This document shows positions 34,697-44,859 of a DNA stretch of 64,000 nucleotides, in pieces (within the stretch, counting starts at the first letter, position 1; each line of letters starts with the position of its first letter). The stretch covers positions 13,247 through 77,246 of the forward strand of contig CALJEQ010000012.1 of the NCBI GenBank assembly GCA_938074565.1. Direction: 5' to 3'. A program made the position numbers and the translations under genes. The notes under the pieces were generated by a model. It was not told where the DNA came from, ran no database searches, and saw only the letters and a list, made by a program, of their open reading frames with translations. The DNA is from an uncultured Alkaliphilus sp. (GTDB lineage: Bacteria > Bacillota > Clostridia > Peptostreptococcales > Natronincolaceae).

Positions 34697-35726
34697 AGTT
34701 ATTTATCTCTTTTACTTCATCGTCAAATCTTTCAACTTCTTCAACTTCTTCACCTTCCGAATAAATCTTTATCAGTAGGTCTCTTGTCACCTGAATATCA
34801 TGTATATAGTATGAAACACCATTTCTATACTTATCTTCACCAGGTAACATATTCATATCTACTTCTTCAAGCTTTAACCCTACTGCTGCTGTAGCATATC
34901 TAACAACCTCTTGTAATTCCATATCAGTTCTAACATGTCTAAAAGCAGTTGTTGCCACTGTCGGAAGTCTAAAGCTTAAGGCTTTATTTATGGCAGCCTT
35001 CATAAAATTTTGTTGGGCTTTTATTCTACCTAAGTCCCCATCTACATAGGACATTGCTCCTGATCCATTAGTTCCTTTTCTGTATCTTAAGAACTTTACT
35101 CCATCTTCCCCGTTTAATACATGGTTTCCCGGTTCAAAGCGGATAATTAATGGTGGGTCATCAGCATAGTCTTCATACTTCATTAATCTTGGAATATGCA
35201 CTGGTACGCCACCAAGGGAATCAATAATAGAAGCTACTCCACTATAGGTTACTGTAATATAATGGTCTACAGGAACATCTAATAATAAATCACTAACTAC
35301 CGTTTTTACTCCTTTAGCCCCATGATCTCCATAAACTGAATTAATCTTTCTCTTGTCCAATCGATTATATCCTTCTCGGTGATAATAGGTATCTCTTGGT
35401 ATTGAAATAACATCTAATCGCTTGTTTTCGGGATTAAAAGAAACAAACATCATCGTATCACTTCTTGTTTCATCCAGTCCTAACAAAACCATATTAATTC
35501 TTGGACTAGACCTAACTAATCTTTTTAATAAGTCTTTTTCCAATGGATCTAGCTCTTCTTTTTCTTCTTCTTCCCATTCAACAGCTTTTGCTACTTCTGT
35601 ACCAGAATGATTATCCTTCATAAAACGATTGAAACTCCATACTATTCCTGAAAACAGTATAACAAAACATAAAAAAGCAATGGAGAAAATTTTAAATGTT
35701 TTCATTTTTCTTTTAAATGTTTTCAC
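34695..35726 (-). CDS. LytR-CpsA-Psr (LCP) family cell-wall polymer transferase
   Basis: It has an N-terminal TM helix and the LCP core INMVLLGLDETRSDTMMFVSFNPENKRLDVISIPRDTY. Confidence 0.85.
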   Translation of the reverse strand: MKTFKRKMKTFKIFSIAFLCFVILFSGIVWSFNRFMKDNHSGTEVAKAVEWEEEEKEELDPLEKDLLKRLVRSSPRINMVLLGLDETRSDTMMFVSFNPENKRLDVISIPRDTYYHREGYNRLDKRKINSVYGDHGAKGVKTVVSDLLLDVPVDHYITVTYSGVASIIDSLGGVPVHIPRLMKYEDYADDPPLIIRFEPGNHVLNGEDGVKFLRYRKGTNGSGAMSYVDGDLGRIKAQQNFMKAAINKALSFRLPTVATTAFRHVRTDMELQEVVRYATAAVGLKLEEVDMNMLPGEDKYRNGVSYYIHDIQVTRDLLIKIYSEGEEVEEVERFDDEVKEINN

Positions 35727-35882
35727 TTTTCCACTTCCCTATATTGGTTTGATCTGTGCTAATATAATTTATAGATTAATATCAATTACTCTTTGACTGT
35801 ACTCCTACTATTTTAACAAATATTTCGTTTAAAATCTATAGTAGTAACCAAACAGTAATAAAGTGGTAATATAGTATGCAAA

Positions 35883-38174
35883 TTATAGATATCGTTTTAG
35901 TAAAGTTCCTTTAAAATATTTAGTATAATAATATCTCCAAAGACCCATTTGTACTTTTACTTTGTTATCTACTAAAATTAAATAATTAAGGAAATCCTCT
36001 ATATTGGAAGTAGTAGTCTCTTTCCCCCCATACTTAACCCCTATAAATATTTCCGTCAGTTCTTCCAAAGTCCCATTATAATCATGTACCTTATACATAA
36101 TCCGTGGAACGTACTCATAGGGTGTCTCTCCTATTTCAATTGGGTAACCCATCTCTTTTAATAAGTCTAATAAATTTTGATAAATACAAGGAATAACACT
36201 GTTGTTATTATTTTCTTTTAGTTTTTTATAATACTTTTGTATATCTAAATAGATGTAGCCCACCCTTAATAGGATAATTCCAATAAGTAAAATATAAATT
36301 AACTTGGGTACTATCTTAACTATTTTAATAGCATGTTTAGAAAGAACATCCTCTTGGTATGCTTTTAAAGGTACTTGTACTCCATCTTCTTTAGTATCTT
36401 CAATGTTATGGGAATTATTCCCTAAATTTGTCTGTAAATTCCCTGGCATTTGCTCCAATTCATCAAAACTAGATTCAGGATCTTCATTGTTGTTAATATC
36501 TGTATCTAAATTCCGCAACGTGGTAGGTTGAAAGGCTGGTGTAGCTTCAAAACTTAACCATCCCATAGGTTCTATATATGCCTCTACCCAAGCATGGGCA
36601 TTATTTTGCCTAACCTCATAAACATTATCATTATTTTCCATAGGCATACGGTAACCCTCCACATATCTTGAGGGAATACCTTGTGTCCGTAATAAAATTG
36701 CCATTGCAGTAGCAAAATATGTGCAATAACCTTCTTTTTCCTCAAACAAGAAATACTCAATAAATTCTTTTCCCTGTGGGGTAACTGAAGGCTCTAATGT
36801 ATAGACATAATTATCCCTTAAAAAGTTCCCTATTGCTTCTGCTTTTTCATAAGGGCTGTATTTATCACGGGTTATTTTATTAGCTAATTGGGTCACCTTT
36901 GGCGAAAGTCCCTGTGGTAGTTGTAGATAACCCTCACTTATATTAGCCCATATTTTTTCATTTTCCTCAATATCTATTGGGTTAATATAGGGTATAATTG
37001 CCTGTACTGTATATCCTTCATTTTTGTATGTTGTATTTTGTTGGATCAATTGAAAGTTTTCATCAACGGTTAAATTACCCGAAGTACTTGAGACTATTCT
37101 CACAGGTTGATATGGTGTAAATATTGTAGAAGATGCCATATTGACGTTAGTAATTTCTAATTCTACAATAGTCCCCCTCAATACCTCCCTCGGTAGTACC
37201 TGTTTAACATTGTAATTCATCTGAACTACAGTCCCTCTTTCCCAACGATTATTTTCATAAAGAGTCTTCACATTGCCCCTTAGGTATAGGGAATAGGGGG
37301 ATTTAACAAGCATCACCAATCGGTCACTGGGGCGAACTGGTCCACCCAACTCGGTTGGGTCTAGTTGGAACCCTGTCTGGTGAAAGTCAAACATACTCCC
37401 TTGAGCATAGCTTCTACTATAAACTAAATCGTCTCTAAAGCCCATAATCACAGGAAATCGGCTAGTCAATTGGCTTTCTAACCAATACCAATTTATTAAA
37501 TTGCTTCTCTTTGGCATAACTACAGCTAATAACACAATTATCAGTCCGTAAATAAAGGCAGTTCTAACCCATGAAGAATGTATATCATGTTTATAGGTTA
37601 TTTTATTCTGTAACCATTTTTTTTCTGCGTTAAAATACCCTTGTCTTCCCAATAAAACAAAATAGATTATGATAAAAAATATCATCATAGGATAAGCTTC
37701 ATCCACATAAATATACCAATAATAAATAAAACCTGGCATGTATAAGGGTATTAACAGCACCACCTGTTTAATTTTTATCACAACAAACCAGGTTAATATA
37801 CATAGACCAAAGGTAAGTAAGCCCCAAAACCCTGTACGATTTTGTATTAGTATTTGTTCTGTTCCTTTAAAGTAAATCATTATATTTACAATAAACTGTT
37901 TAATCCATAAAATACAATTCCAGACCAATTCTGAATGATAGCGATTTAAAATTAATAATGGAATTATTGACGTGATTATTGATAACAAAAAAAAGAATGG
38001 GTAACTAAATAATAAATGTACCACTAACCCCACTAAAGCAGTAATCAGTAAACGTGCTAATAAGTTTAATTCCACTGCCAATAGAGGCCCCCATATGTTA
38101 CTAATGGAGAATACAATAAATATATATAATGCCATATTTTTTAGTAGTTCTTTATTGCTACGTTCTATTTTCAT
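35883..38174 (-). CDS. Polytopic membrane protein with an extracytoplasmic transglutaminase-like domain (TgpA-like)
   Basis: About 6 N-terminal TM helices are followed by the transglutaminase core EGYCTYFATAMAILLRTQGIPSRYVEGY...NAHAWVEAY...WLSFEATP and a C-terminal TM. The start is set at the ATG at 38174 (GGAGGAGA upstream), overlapping the DUF58 gene by 17 nt. Confidence 0.8.
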   Translation of the reverse strand: MKIERSNKELLKNMALYIFIVFSISNIWGPLLAVELNLLARLLITALVGLVVHLLFSYPFFFLLSIITSIIPLLILNRYHSELVWNCILWIKQFIVNIMIYFKGTEQILIQNRTGFWGLLTFGLCILTWFVVIKIKQVVLLIPLYMPGFIYYWYIYVDEAYPMMIFFIIIYFVLLGRQGYFNAEKKWLQNKITYKHDIHSSWVRTAFIYGLIIVLLAVVMPKRSNLINWYWLESQLTSRFPVIMGFRDDLVYSRSYAQGSMFDFHQTGFQLDPTELGGPVRPSDRLVMLVKSPYSLYLRGNVKTLYENNRWERGTVVQMNYNVKQVLPREVLRGTIVELEITNVNMASSTIFTPYQPVRIVSSTSGNLTVDENFQLIQQNTTYKNEGYTVQAIIPYINPIDIEENEKIWANISEGYLQLPQGLSPKVTQLANKITRDKYSPYEKAEAIGNFLRDNYVYTLEPSVTPQGKEFIEYFLFEEKEGYCTYFATAMAILLRTQGIPSRYVEGYRMPMENNDNVYEVRQNNAHAWVEAYIEPMGWLSFEATPAFQPTTLRNLDTDINNNEDPESSFDELEQMPGNLQTNLGNNSHNIEDTKEDGVQVPLKAYQEDVLSKHAIKIVKIVPKLIYILLIGIILLRVGYIYLDIQKYYKKLKENNNNSVIPCIYQNLLDLLKEMGYPIEIGETPYEYVPRIMYKVHDYNGTLEELTEIFIGVKYGGKETTTSNIEDFLNYLILVDNKVKVQMGLWRYYYTKYFKGTLLKRYL

Positions 38175-39336
38175 ATTTCTCCTCCAAAACATTTTTAATG
38201 TCCTGTTTTGCCTCTATCATATAAGTTATGACATTTTCATTTTTTAATATCTTAGAAATTTCTTTATTCTTTTTCCATGTAACCTCGTCGGTTTCTTCAT
38301 CCCCCAGTACAATATACCTCGGCTGTAAATTTTTCATTTTTAGTCTAATACCTTCTGCCCCTAGATTACTATCTAATAATGGGGTTATTAAATACAAGGT
38401 ACTACCTTGCTTAATTTTAGAGGTTAAATTACCTACATATTGACTATAACTGTCTTCTCCTGTTGTTTGAAATACTACCATTTCCTCCATAAATAACTTT
38501 AAATATCCATAGTGATTACCTGATACTTCTATGGTCTCTTTTTTGTGTTGATAATATAAAGTAACCTTTACGTTCTTTTGTAGAAAATGTTGTGCTAAAG
38601 AAATAACTACTTCTACTGCTTTATCCTCTATCCATCTATTATAATCTTTTTTATAGTTGTCAGAAGAACTGTCTAATATAATCACTACTTCTTGATTCCC
38701 TTCCTCTTCATATTGTTTTACCACAAGGGAATCTTTTTTAGCAGATGCCTTCCAGTGAATTTTTTTGAAGGAGTCTCCTTCTTGATACTCTCTTAATTCA
38801 GAAAAATAATAAAAATCTTGGCTAGTGTCAATAAAAATATTATACAATGGTATAATCTGTGGATATACTTTCAGAGCTATTGGGGTATCTATAATTTTTT
38901 TTAAAGAAAATATATTAAATATATCTTTTATATCGACTTTAATTTCTCCAATTTGATATATTCCTCTACGTCGGCAAACCACCGTAGTTTCAGCCCAAAT
39001 ACTTTCTTTAGCCTTTAATGAATATACCCTCGTTTGTTCTGCTTCTCCTGTTAATTTTAAGGCTAAACTATTTTCTACTTCTAATCGAGGAAAGTTAATA
39101 ATAAGAGGGTTTTCTATCTCATATGTGATTTTAATTTCTTCACCTGTCACCAGCTCTTTTTCTGGTATTCTAATTTTTCCACTAAGATATAGTTTTCCAC
39201 ATAAACAGTGGATGTAGGGAATTATAAGGGTAAACAAAAAAACATACAGTAAGAAATAGGGTAGCTTACCCCCCACCAAAATTCCAAAAGGGATAATTAG
39301 CAAACCTAAAATAATTAATAATAGTTTAGTTTTCAA
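38158..39336 (-). CDS. DUF58-family protein (vWA-like, MoxR-associated)
   Basis: It has two N-terminal TM helices and the DUF58 signature LREYQEGDSFKKIHWKASAKKDSLVVKQYEEE. It overlaps the moxR stop by 11 nt. Confidence 0.8.
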   Translation of the reverse strand: MKTKLLLIILGLLIIPFGILVGGKLPYFLLYVFLFTLIIPYIHCLCGKLYLSGKIRIPEKELVTGEEIKITYEIENPLIINFPRLEVENSLALKLTGEAEQTRVYSLKAKESIWAETTVVCRRRGIYQIGEIKVDIKDIFNIFSLKKIIDTPIALKVYPQIIPLYNIFIDTSQDFYYFSELREYQEGDSFKKIHWKASAKKDSLVVKQYEEEGNQEVVIILDSSSDNYKKDYNRWIEDKAVEVVISLAQHFLQKNVKVTLYYQHKKETIEVSGNHYGYLKLFMEEMVVFQTTGEDSYSQYVGNLTSKIKQGSTLYLITPLLDSNLGAEGIRLKMKNLQPRYIVLGDEETDEVTWKKNKEISKILKNENVITYMIEAKQDIKNVLEEKYENRT

Positions 39337-40276
39337 CGGGTCTCACCACCGGAATGTAGGTTCTTTTTAAAATATCCTCTATAATTTCTTCTACCCTTCT
39401 GCCTTCTATTCTAGCTTCTGGCGATAATATTAAACGGTGGGCTAATACATCAGGTACAATCTCTTTAACATCATCAGGAATAACATAACTTCTACCCCTT
39501 AAATACGCTAAAGCCTTAGCCCCCCTATAAAGATCTATTGATGCCCTAGGGCTTGCTCCTAAGTATATGTCTATATGATCCCTACTGGTACTTACTATAT
39601 TTACTATATATTCAAAAATAGCATCATCTACATATATTTCCTCCACTTCTTCTTGCATCTTCAAAACATCAGCTTCTGTAACTACTGCTAAAACAGTGTC
39701 TAAGTCTTTATTTTTTTTATGATTCTTAATTATTTCCATCTCACTTTCTGCCGATGGGTATCCTATTTCTATTTTCATTAAGAAACGATCCAACTGAGCC
39801 TCTGGTAATGAAAAAGTCCCCTGATATTCCATAGGATTTTGTGTAGCCAACACCATAAAAGGCTTCTTTAACGAGTATGTATTTTCATCTATGGTGACCT
39901 CACTTTCTTCCATTACTTGTAATAAGCTGGATTGTGTCTTAGGTGATGTTCTGTTTATTTCATCTGCCAATATAATTTGATTAAAGATAGGTCCTTTTTT
40001 TAGTACAAACCCCTCTTCTTTTCTATTGTAAATAGATAAACCAGTAATATCCGAGGGCATTAAGTCTGTAGTAAACTGTATTCGACTATAACTAAGACTT
40101 AAGCTTTTCGCTAGTGCCTTAACCATAGTAGTTTTTCCTACACCTGGTACATCTTCTATTAACACATGTCCTTTTGCCAATAGACAAACTATTACCCTCT
40201 CTAATACTTCATCTTTTCCAATGATTATTTTTTTCATGTTTTCTAATATTTCACAAGCCATATCTTTATTTTTCAT
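39326..40276 (-). CDS. MoxR-family AAA+ ATPase
   Basis: The motifs HVLIEDVPGVGKTTMVKALAKSL (Walker A), IILADEINR (Walker B) and RIQFTTDLMPSDITG are present. Length is 316 aa. Confidence 0.9.
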   Translation of the reverse strand: MKNKDMACEILENMKKIIIGKDEVLERVIVCLLAKGHVLIEDVPGVGKTTMVKALAKSLSLSYSRIQFTTDLMPSDITGLSIYNRKEEGFVLKKGPIFNQIILADEINRTSPKTQSSLLQVMEESEVTIDENTYSLKKPFMVLATQNPMEYQGTFSLPEAQLDRFLMKIEIGYPSAESEMEIIKNHKKNKDLDTVLAVVTEADVLKMQEEVEEIYVDDAIFEYIVNIVSTSRDHIDIYLGASPRASIDLYRGAKALAYLRGRSYVIPDDVKEIVPDVLAHRLILSPEARIEGRRVEEIIEDILKRTYIPVVRPVEN

Positions 40277-40381
40277 TTTATTCCTCCCACTAGTGTTTAT
40301 TTATCTTTTAATATTCATGTTATCACAACTTTCAATAAATTAATAAAATATTTAAAATATTTAATATTTTAATATTTATGC

Positions 40382-40412
40382 AAAAAAATAAAAGGCTCCT
40401 TTGAGGGAAGCC
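40382..40412 (-). terminator. Probable terminator after the S8 protease gene
   Basis: On the minus strand: GGCTTC-cctcaaa-GGAGCC followed by TTTTATTTTTTT. Confidence 0.5.
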
Positions 40413-40431
40413 TTTTATCTGTAAAACTTAC

Positions 40432-42846
40432 TTATTTTACTTGTATTAAATAACCTTTTGTTTCAACTTTTCCAGCCTTTTCTACATAAACAAACACTGC
40501 ATAGTCTCCTGCTGGAACAACTTCACCATTTAAAGTACCGTCCCAAGTGAAGTCATTGTATTGTTTTGGTACATTATCATATACACCAATGTCTCCTAAA
40601 TAGTTTCCTACTCTACCACCTTTAAATTCGTACAACCAAAATTCTAAAACTTCTGCACCACCTGGTAAATATGTTGACAAATTATATTTTCCATCAGCTG
40701 TTTGTGAGAAAGTAAAGTGTGTTAGTCTTGGGTAATCTGGTTCTTGTACGAAAAGAATTGTTGGTACTTCTACTACTTCTTTTCCATCACTAACTTTAAT
40801 TGTACCCTCATAGTAACCTGCCTCTAATTGAGAAGCGTCTACTTGTACTTTGAAGTTTACTTCTTGTGCACTATTCCCCTTAACTTTAGTATTGTTACTG
40901 GTCATTACCTTTATCCCTTTAGGATTACCAGCAAACTCAACATCAAAAGTATATTTCTTGCTTTCATTAGATAAGTTTTTAATTGTAAATTTCTGACCTT
41001 CAACTTGTTTGTCCACTCCATTAGCAAATACACCGAAAGAATGACTTCCTGGAACTACCAATGTTTTAGCATTAATAGCTTCAACCACTCTAACACTACC
41101 TGCCCCTTGAGTGTTATGAGGATATGGCTTACCAGTTGCTGGGTTAACTAATGTTTCAGCTGTATTCATTAAAGCTGCCTTTACATCATCTACTCCCCAA
41201 TGAGGGTTAGCTTGTAAAACTAAAGCTGCTACACCAGCTACATGAGGTGATGCCATACTTGTTCCTTGCTTAGAACCATATTGTCCATCTCTTATTGTAC
41301 TGTTAATGTTTACTCCTGGTGCTGATACATCTGGTTTAATCATCCAAGTATCAACAACTGGTCCTCTTGAAGAGAAATCACCCATTGTTTCTCCTACACT
41401 TGCCACTTTATTAAATTCAAAAGATACTTCCTTGTTTCCTGCTTCTAATTCAGCCAACATCTTTTGTCCATCTACACCAGAAAGCTTAACTGTTGGAAGA
41501 GAGATTCCTGCAACAAAATGCTCAATTTGTCCTGCTGCATTATTATAAATAACTGTTGCTACTGCTCCTGCCGCTTTAGCATTGTCAGATTTCTCAACAA
41601 ATGGAATTGCTCCACGGCTAATTAAAGCAACTTTACCAGTTAAATCTAAACCTACAAAATCGCCTGCAAGACCTAAACCAACATGAACAAACTCATATTT
41701 ATTTCCATTTAACGCTAATAATTCTTTATCACTTGGGAAACCCATTACTTCTGTACTCATATAATTAACTTCTTCTGTTGTTCTTACTTCACCATTATAT
41801 ATGTTATATGGTAAAGCTGTAGCTCCTACAGAAATAGCTCTTCTTGAAGTTCCAGGAGAACCAACTGTCCAGTTATTTGGTCCACTATTACCATTAGAAG
41901 TAATAGCTACTACACCTTCTGCCATAGCCCAATCTAATGCAATACTAGTTGCCCAGTCTGGGTTATTAAGGGTATTTCCTAAAGATAAATTCATAATATG
42001 TACGCCATCTTGTACTGCTCTTTCGATTCCTGCTACTACTCCTTCTGTAGAACCACTACCACCTGGTCCAAGTACACGATAAGCTAATAGTGTTGCTTCT
42101 GGAGCAACCCCTTTAATTAATCCATTAGCTGCCACTGTACCTGCTACGTGAGTACCATGGTCTGTAGCTGCTCCTCTTGGGTTTCCTGGTGATGTTTCTT
42201 GTGGGTCATTATCGTTATCAACCATATCCCAACCTTTATAGTCTCCAAAAGCATGAACTAAATCAGGGTGAGTATAGTCTACTCCTGTATCAAGGATAGC
42301 TACTTTAATACCTTTTCCTGTGAAACCCGCATCCCACGCGTCTTTTGAACCTATATAAGGTGCACTACTTAACATTTGTGGGCTGAATACTTCTTCATCT
42401 AACGTATACTCGCTTACTACCGCAGCTGTATATTCAACATTTGGATATACTGCCTTTACTCCTTCTACATTTAGTAGATTTGGAATTTCGTTACTAGGTA
42501 ACTCTAGTGCGAAGCCAGAAAACAAGTATTCATACTCTCTCTTAACTTGTACACCTTTTACATTTTTAGCAACTTGATTTACCACTTTACCTCTAGCTGC
42601 TTTAAGGGTTGCTTTATCTTGCTTTTTACCTTTATGTTTAGCTGCAACTACCGAATCTTCCTTCAATTCAACGATAACAGTTGTTAATTCTGAAGAAGTA
42701 AGATCAAACTCACCAAATAATTCAGCTTCTAAAACAACTGATTCTACTGATACCTTTGTATTAGCAAATGTTCCTAAAGAAAAACTAGAAAATACCATTG
42801 CCATAGATAGTAATAACAACATTAGTCTTGCATTACGTTTTTTCAT
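40432..42846 (-). CDS. Secreted subtilisin-family (S8) serine protease with an inserted PA domain and C-terminal Ig-like domains
   Basis: The catalytic triad motifs are VAILDTGVDYTHPDL, TDHGTHVAGT and GTSMASPHVAGVAAL. The signal peptide is MKKRNARLMLLLLSMAMVFSSFSLGTFA. The start is set at the ATG at 42846 (AAGGAAGGTG upstream); the track ORF adds 34 non-signal codons. Confidence 0.9.
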   Translation of the reverse strand: MKKRNARLMLLLLSMAMVFSSFSLGTFANTKVSVESVVLEAELFGEFDLTSSELTTVIVELKEDSVVAAKHKGKKQDKATLKAARGKVVNQVAKNVKGVQVKREYEYLFSGFALELPSNEIPNLLNVEGVKAVYPNVEYTAAVVSEYTLDEEVFSPQMLSSAPYIGSKDAWDAGFTGKGIKVAILDTGVDYTHPDLVHAFGDYKGWDMVDNDNDPQETSPGNPRGAATDHGTHVAGTVAANGLIKGVAPEATLLAYRVLGPGGSGSTEGVVAGIERAVQDGVHIMNLSLGNTLNNPDWATSIALDWAMAEGVVAITSNGNSGPNNWTVGSPGTSRRAISVGATALPYNIYNGEVRTTEEVNYMSTEVMGFPSDKELLALNGNKYEFVHVGLGLAGDFVGLDLTGKVALISRGAIPFVEKSDNAKAAGAVATVIYNNAAGQIEHFVAGISLPTVKLSGVDGQKMLAELEAGNKEVSFEFNKVASVGETMGDFSSRGPVVDTWMIKPDVSAPGVNINSTIRDGQYGSKQGTSMASPHVAGVAALVLQANPHWGVDDVKAALMNTAETLVNPATGKPYPHNTQGAGSVRVVEAINAKTLVVPGSHSFGVFANGVDKQVEGQKFTIKNLSNESKKYTFDVEFAGNPKGIKVMTSNNTKVKGNSAQEVNFKVQVDASQLEAGYYEGTIKVSDGKEVVEVPTILFVQEPDYPRLTHFTFSQTADGKYNLSTYLPGGAEVLEFWLYEFKGGRVGNYLGDIGVYDNVPKQYNDFTWDGTLNGEVVPAGDYAVFVYVEKAGKVETKGYLIQVK

Positions 42847-43045
42847 TTTCCCAACACCTTCCTTATAATTTTTTTGATTTTCTCTTTGTAAAGAAAAATA
42901 TGTAACAAAACCTTTTCTTACATCAACCCCTTCAATTTTATTAAACAAACAAATAAATAATTGTGTTATATAAAATATTCGTTATGTAAAAATAAAATCC
43001 TGCTTTATTTTTCAGAAATTTCATAAGATATAATCAATAAACAAA

Positions 43046-43075
43046 ATTATACTTTTTAACAGTATACTTTGTCAA
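43046..43075 (-). promoter_or_regulatory. Consensus sigma-A promoter for the S8 protease gene
   Basis: On the minus strand: TTGACA (43075-43070), an 18-nt spacer, then TATAAT (43051-43046). Confidence 0.5.
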
Positions 43076-43110
43076 ACTTTGTTTTTTGACCTTTATGGGC
43101 TGTTACACAT

Positions 43111-43139
43111 AAAGAAAACGTATCCATTTCTGGATACGT
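43111..43139 (-). terminator. Intrinsic terminator after the decarboxylase gene
   Basis: On the minus strand: ACGTATCCA-gaaa-TGGATACGT followed by TTTCTTT. Confidence 0.65.
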
Positions 43140-43143
43140 CCCA

Positions 43144-44625
43144 TTATCTCTTCATTCCTAACCCTAATACCCTTACATACTCTACATAGGGGTCTTCTGT
43201 TCCTTGAATAAGTGTTTCCTCTTCCTTTAACATTAAGATATGCTCTATCATCTCTTTTGTAATTCTTTCACCTGGAGACACGACTGGAATACCGGGAGGG
43301 TATGCCATAATTGACTCTCCACTAATCTCCCCTTCTGCATCCTGTAGTTTAATAACTCTTTTATTACTATAATAGGCATCTCTGGGGGATATAATAACAT
43401 CAGGATTTCTTAATATATTATTAACTATTTTTAATTCTTCATCTCTCCTATGTTTCATTGCTATGTCTGCCAACGCCTCCACCAAAGCATTTATGGCTTC
43501 TTCCGTATCACCTAAACTAATGATTGCCATTATGTTATAATAGTCTGCCATTTCCACTTGTATGTTATATTCGTCTCTTAACAAATCATACACTTCAAAA
43601 CCTGTCAGGCCTAATTTTCTAACGTGTACCCCAAGTTTTGATTCATCAAAGTCATATACTCCTGGATTACCTACCAACTCTCTTCCAAAAGAATATAATC
43701 CATCTATTTCATTAATGCGAGTTCTAGCATCTCTAGATAACTTAAGTACTTTTTCTAGCATATCTTTACCGTTTATTACTAACTGTTTTCTAGCCACATC
43801 CAAACTTGCCATCAACAGATATGATCCACTGGTGGTTTGCATTAAGTTCAAATTTTTCTTTACTGTAAAAGGATCAATAATACCTTCTCTTAATAACAAT
43901 AATGAACTTTGAGTTAAAGACCCACCTGTTTTATGTAAGCTAACAGCACTCATGTCAGCCCCCAACTCCATAGCACTCATGGGGAACTCATCATGGTAAC
44001 CCATATGGGCACCGTGGGCTTCATCCACCAAAACTGACATAGCATTTCTATGGGCAACCTTTACAATATCTTTAATGTTTGACACAGCTCCATAATATGT
44101 TGGATTAATTAAAAATACAGCCTTTGCATCGGGGTGTCTTCCAATGGTGGATTCTACACTTTCTAATGTAACCCCCATAGCAATACCTAAATTGTCATCT
44201 ACTTCGGGTTGTATATATATTGGTATAGCACCACTTAGTATAATTCCTGCTATAGCAGATTTATGGGCATTTCTCGGTAATATAATCTTATCTCCGGGTT
44301 GACAGGCACTCATAATCATGGCTTGTACCCCAGAAGTGGTTCCGTTTACAAGAAAATATCCATGATCAGCACCAAAGGCATAGGCTGCTAATTCTTCTGC
44401 TTGTTTGATAACTCCTATGGGATTACAGATATTATCTAGGCATTTCATGGAGTTAACATCTAATTCCATGATAGTATTCCCCACGTAATCTGAAAATTCT
44501 TTAAGTCCTTTTCCCTGTTTATGTCCAGGAACATCAAAGGGTATAACTTTTCTTTGATGAGTCTCTTTTAAAGCTGAAAATAATGGTGTTCGATTTTGAT
44601 TTAAATAGGACGACAAAGCCTCCAC
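43144..44625 (-). CDS. PLP-dependent Orn/Lys/Arg decarboxylase (fold-type I, YaaO/SpeA-like)
   Basis: It has the major-domain motifs FDVPGHKQG and GTTSGVQAMI, the PLP-lysine motif SLHKTGGSLTQSS, and a C-terminal decarboxylase domain. Confidence 0.85.
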   Translation of the reverse strand: MEALSSYLNQNRTPLFSALKETHQRKVIPFDVPGHKQGKGLKEFSDYVGNTIMELDVNSMKCLDNICNPIGVIKQAEELAAYAFGADHGYFLVNGTTSGVQAMIMSACQPGDKIILPRNAHKSAIAGIILSGAIPIYIQPEVDDNLGIAMGVTLESVESTIGRHPDAKAVFLINPTYYGAVSNIKDIVKVAHRNAMSVLVDEAHGAHMGYHDEFPMSAMELGADMSAVSLHKTGGSLTQSSLLLLREGIIDPFTVKKNLNLMQTTSGSYLLMASLDVARKQLVINGKDMLEKVLKLSRDARTRINEIDGLYSFGRELVGNPGVYDFDESKLGVHVRKLGLTGFEVYDLLRDEYNIQVEMADYYNIMAIISLGDTEEAINALVEALADIAMKHRRDEELKIVNNILRNPDVIISPRDAYYSNKRVIKLQDAEGEISGESIMAYPPGIPVVSPGERITKEMIEHILMLKEEETLIQGTEDPYVEYVRVLGLGMKR

Positions 44626-44787
44626 CCCTTCCTTACTATTTGAAATTCAATATTAAACAAACCCTATGGATTTTTATTAATATCCACTTAACATTTATAT
44701 ACTTCTTTATCTAAAAAATATACATCTAATCTATTAAAAAACATTTTGTATAAAAATGCAATAGTTTTTTATTACTTAATAAATAAT

Positions 44788-44818
44788 AACAGCATCTTCC
44801 TTTAAACTAGATGCTGTT
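44788..44818 (-). terminator. Probable terminator after the M20 peptidase gene
   Basis: A 10-bp stem AACAGCATCT...AGATGCTGTT is followed on the minus strand by the T-rich run ATTATTTATT. Confidence 0.5.
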
Positions 44819-44859
44819 AGTTGTTATCTATATCTTTATTATTGATTGAAATGATTTAC

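Noticed and set aside
43060-43095. tttgtcaaac / ttttttgacc motifs upstream of the S8 protease, considered as Spo0A boxes
   Set aside because: The first one is simply the -35 TTGACA of a consensus sigma-A promoter. The evidence is insufficient for a separate regulatory call.
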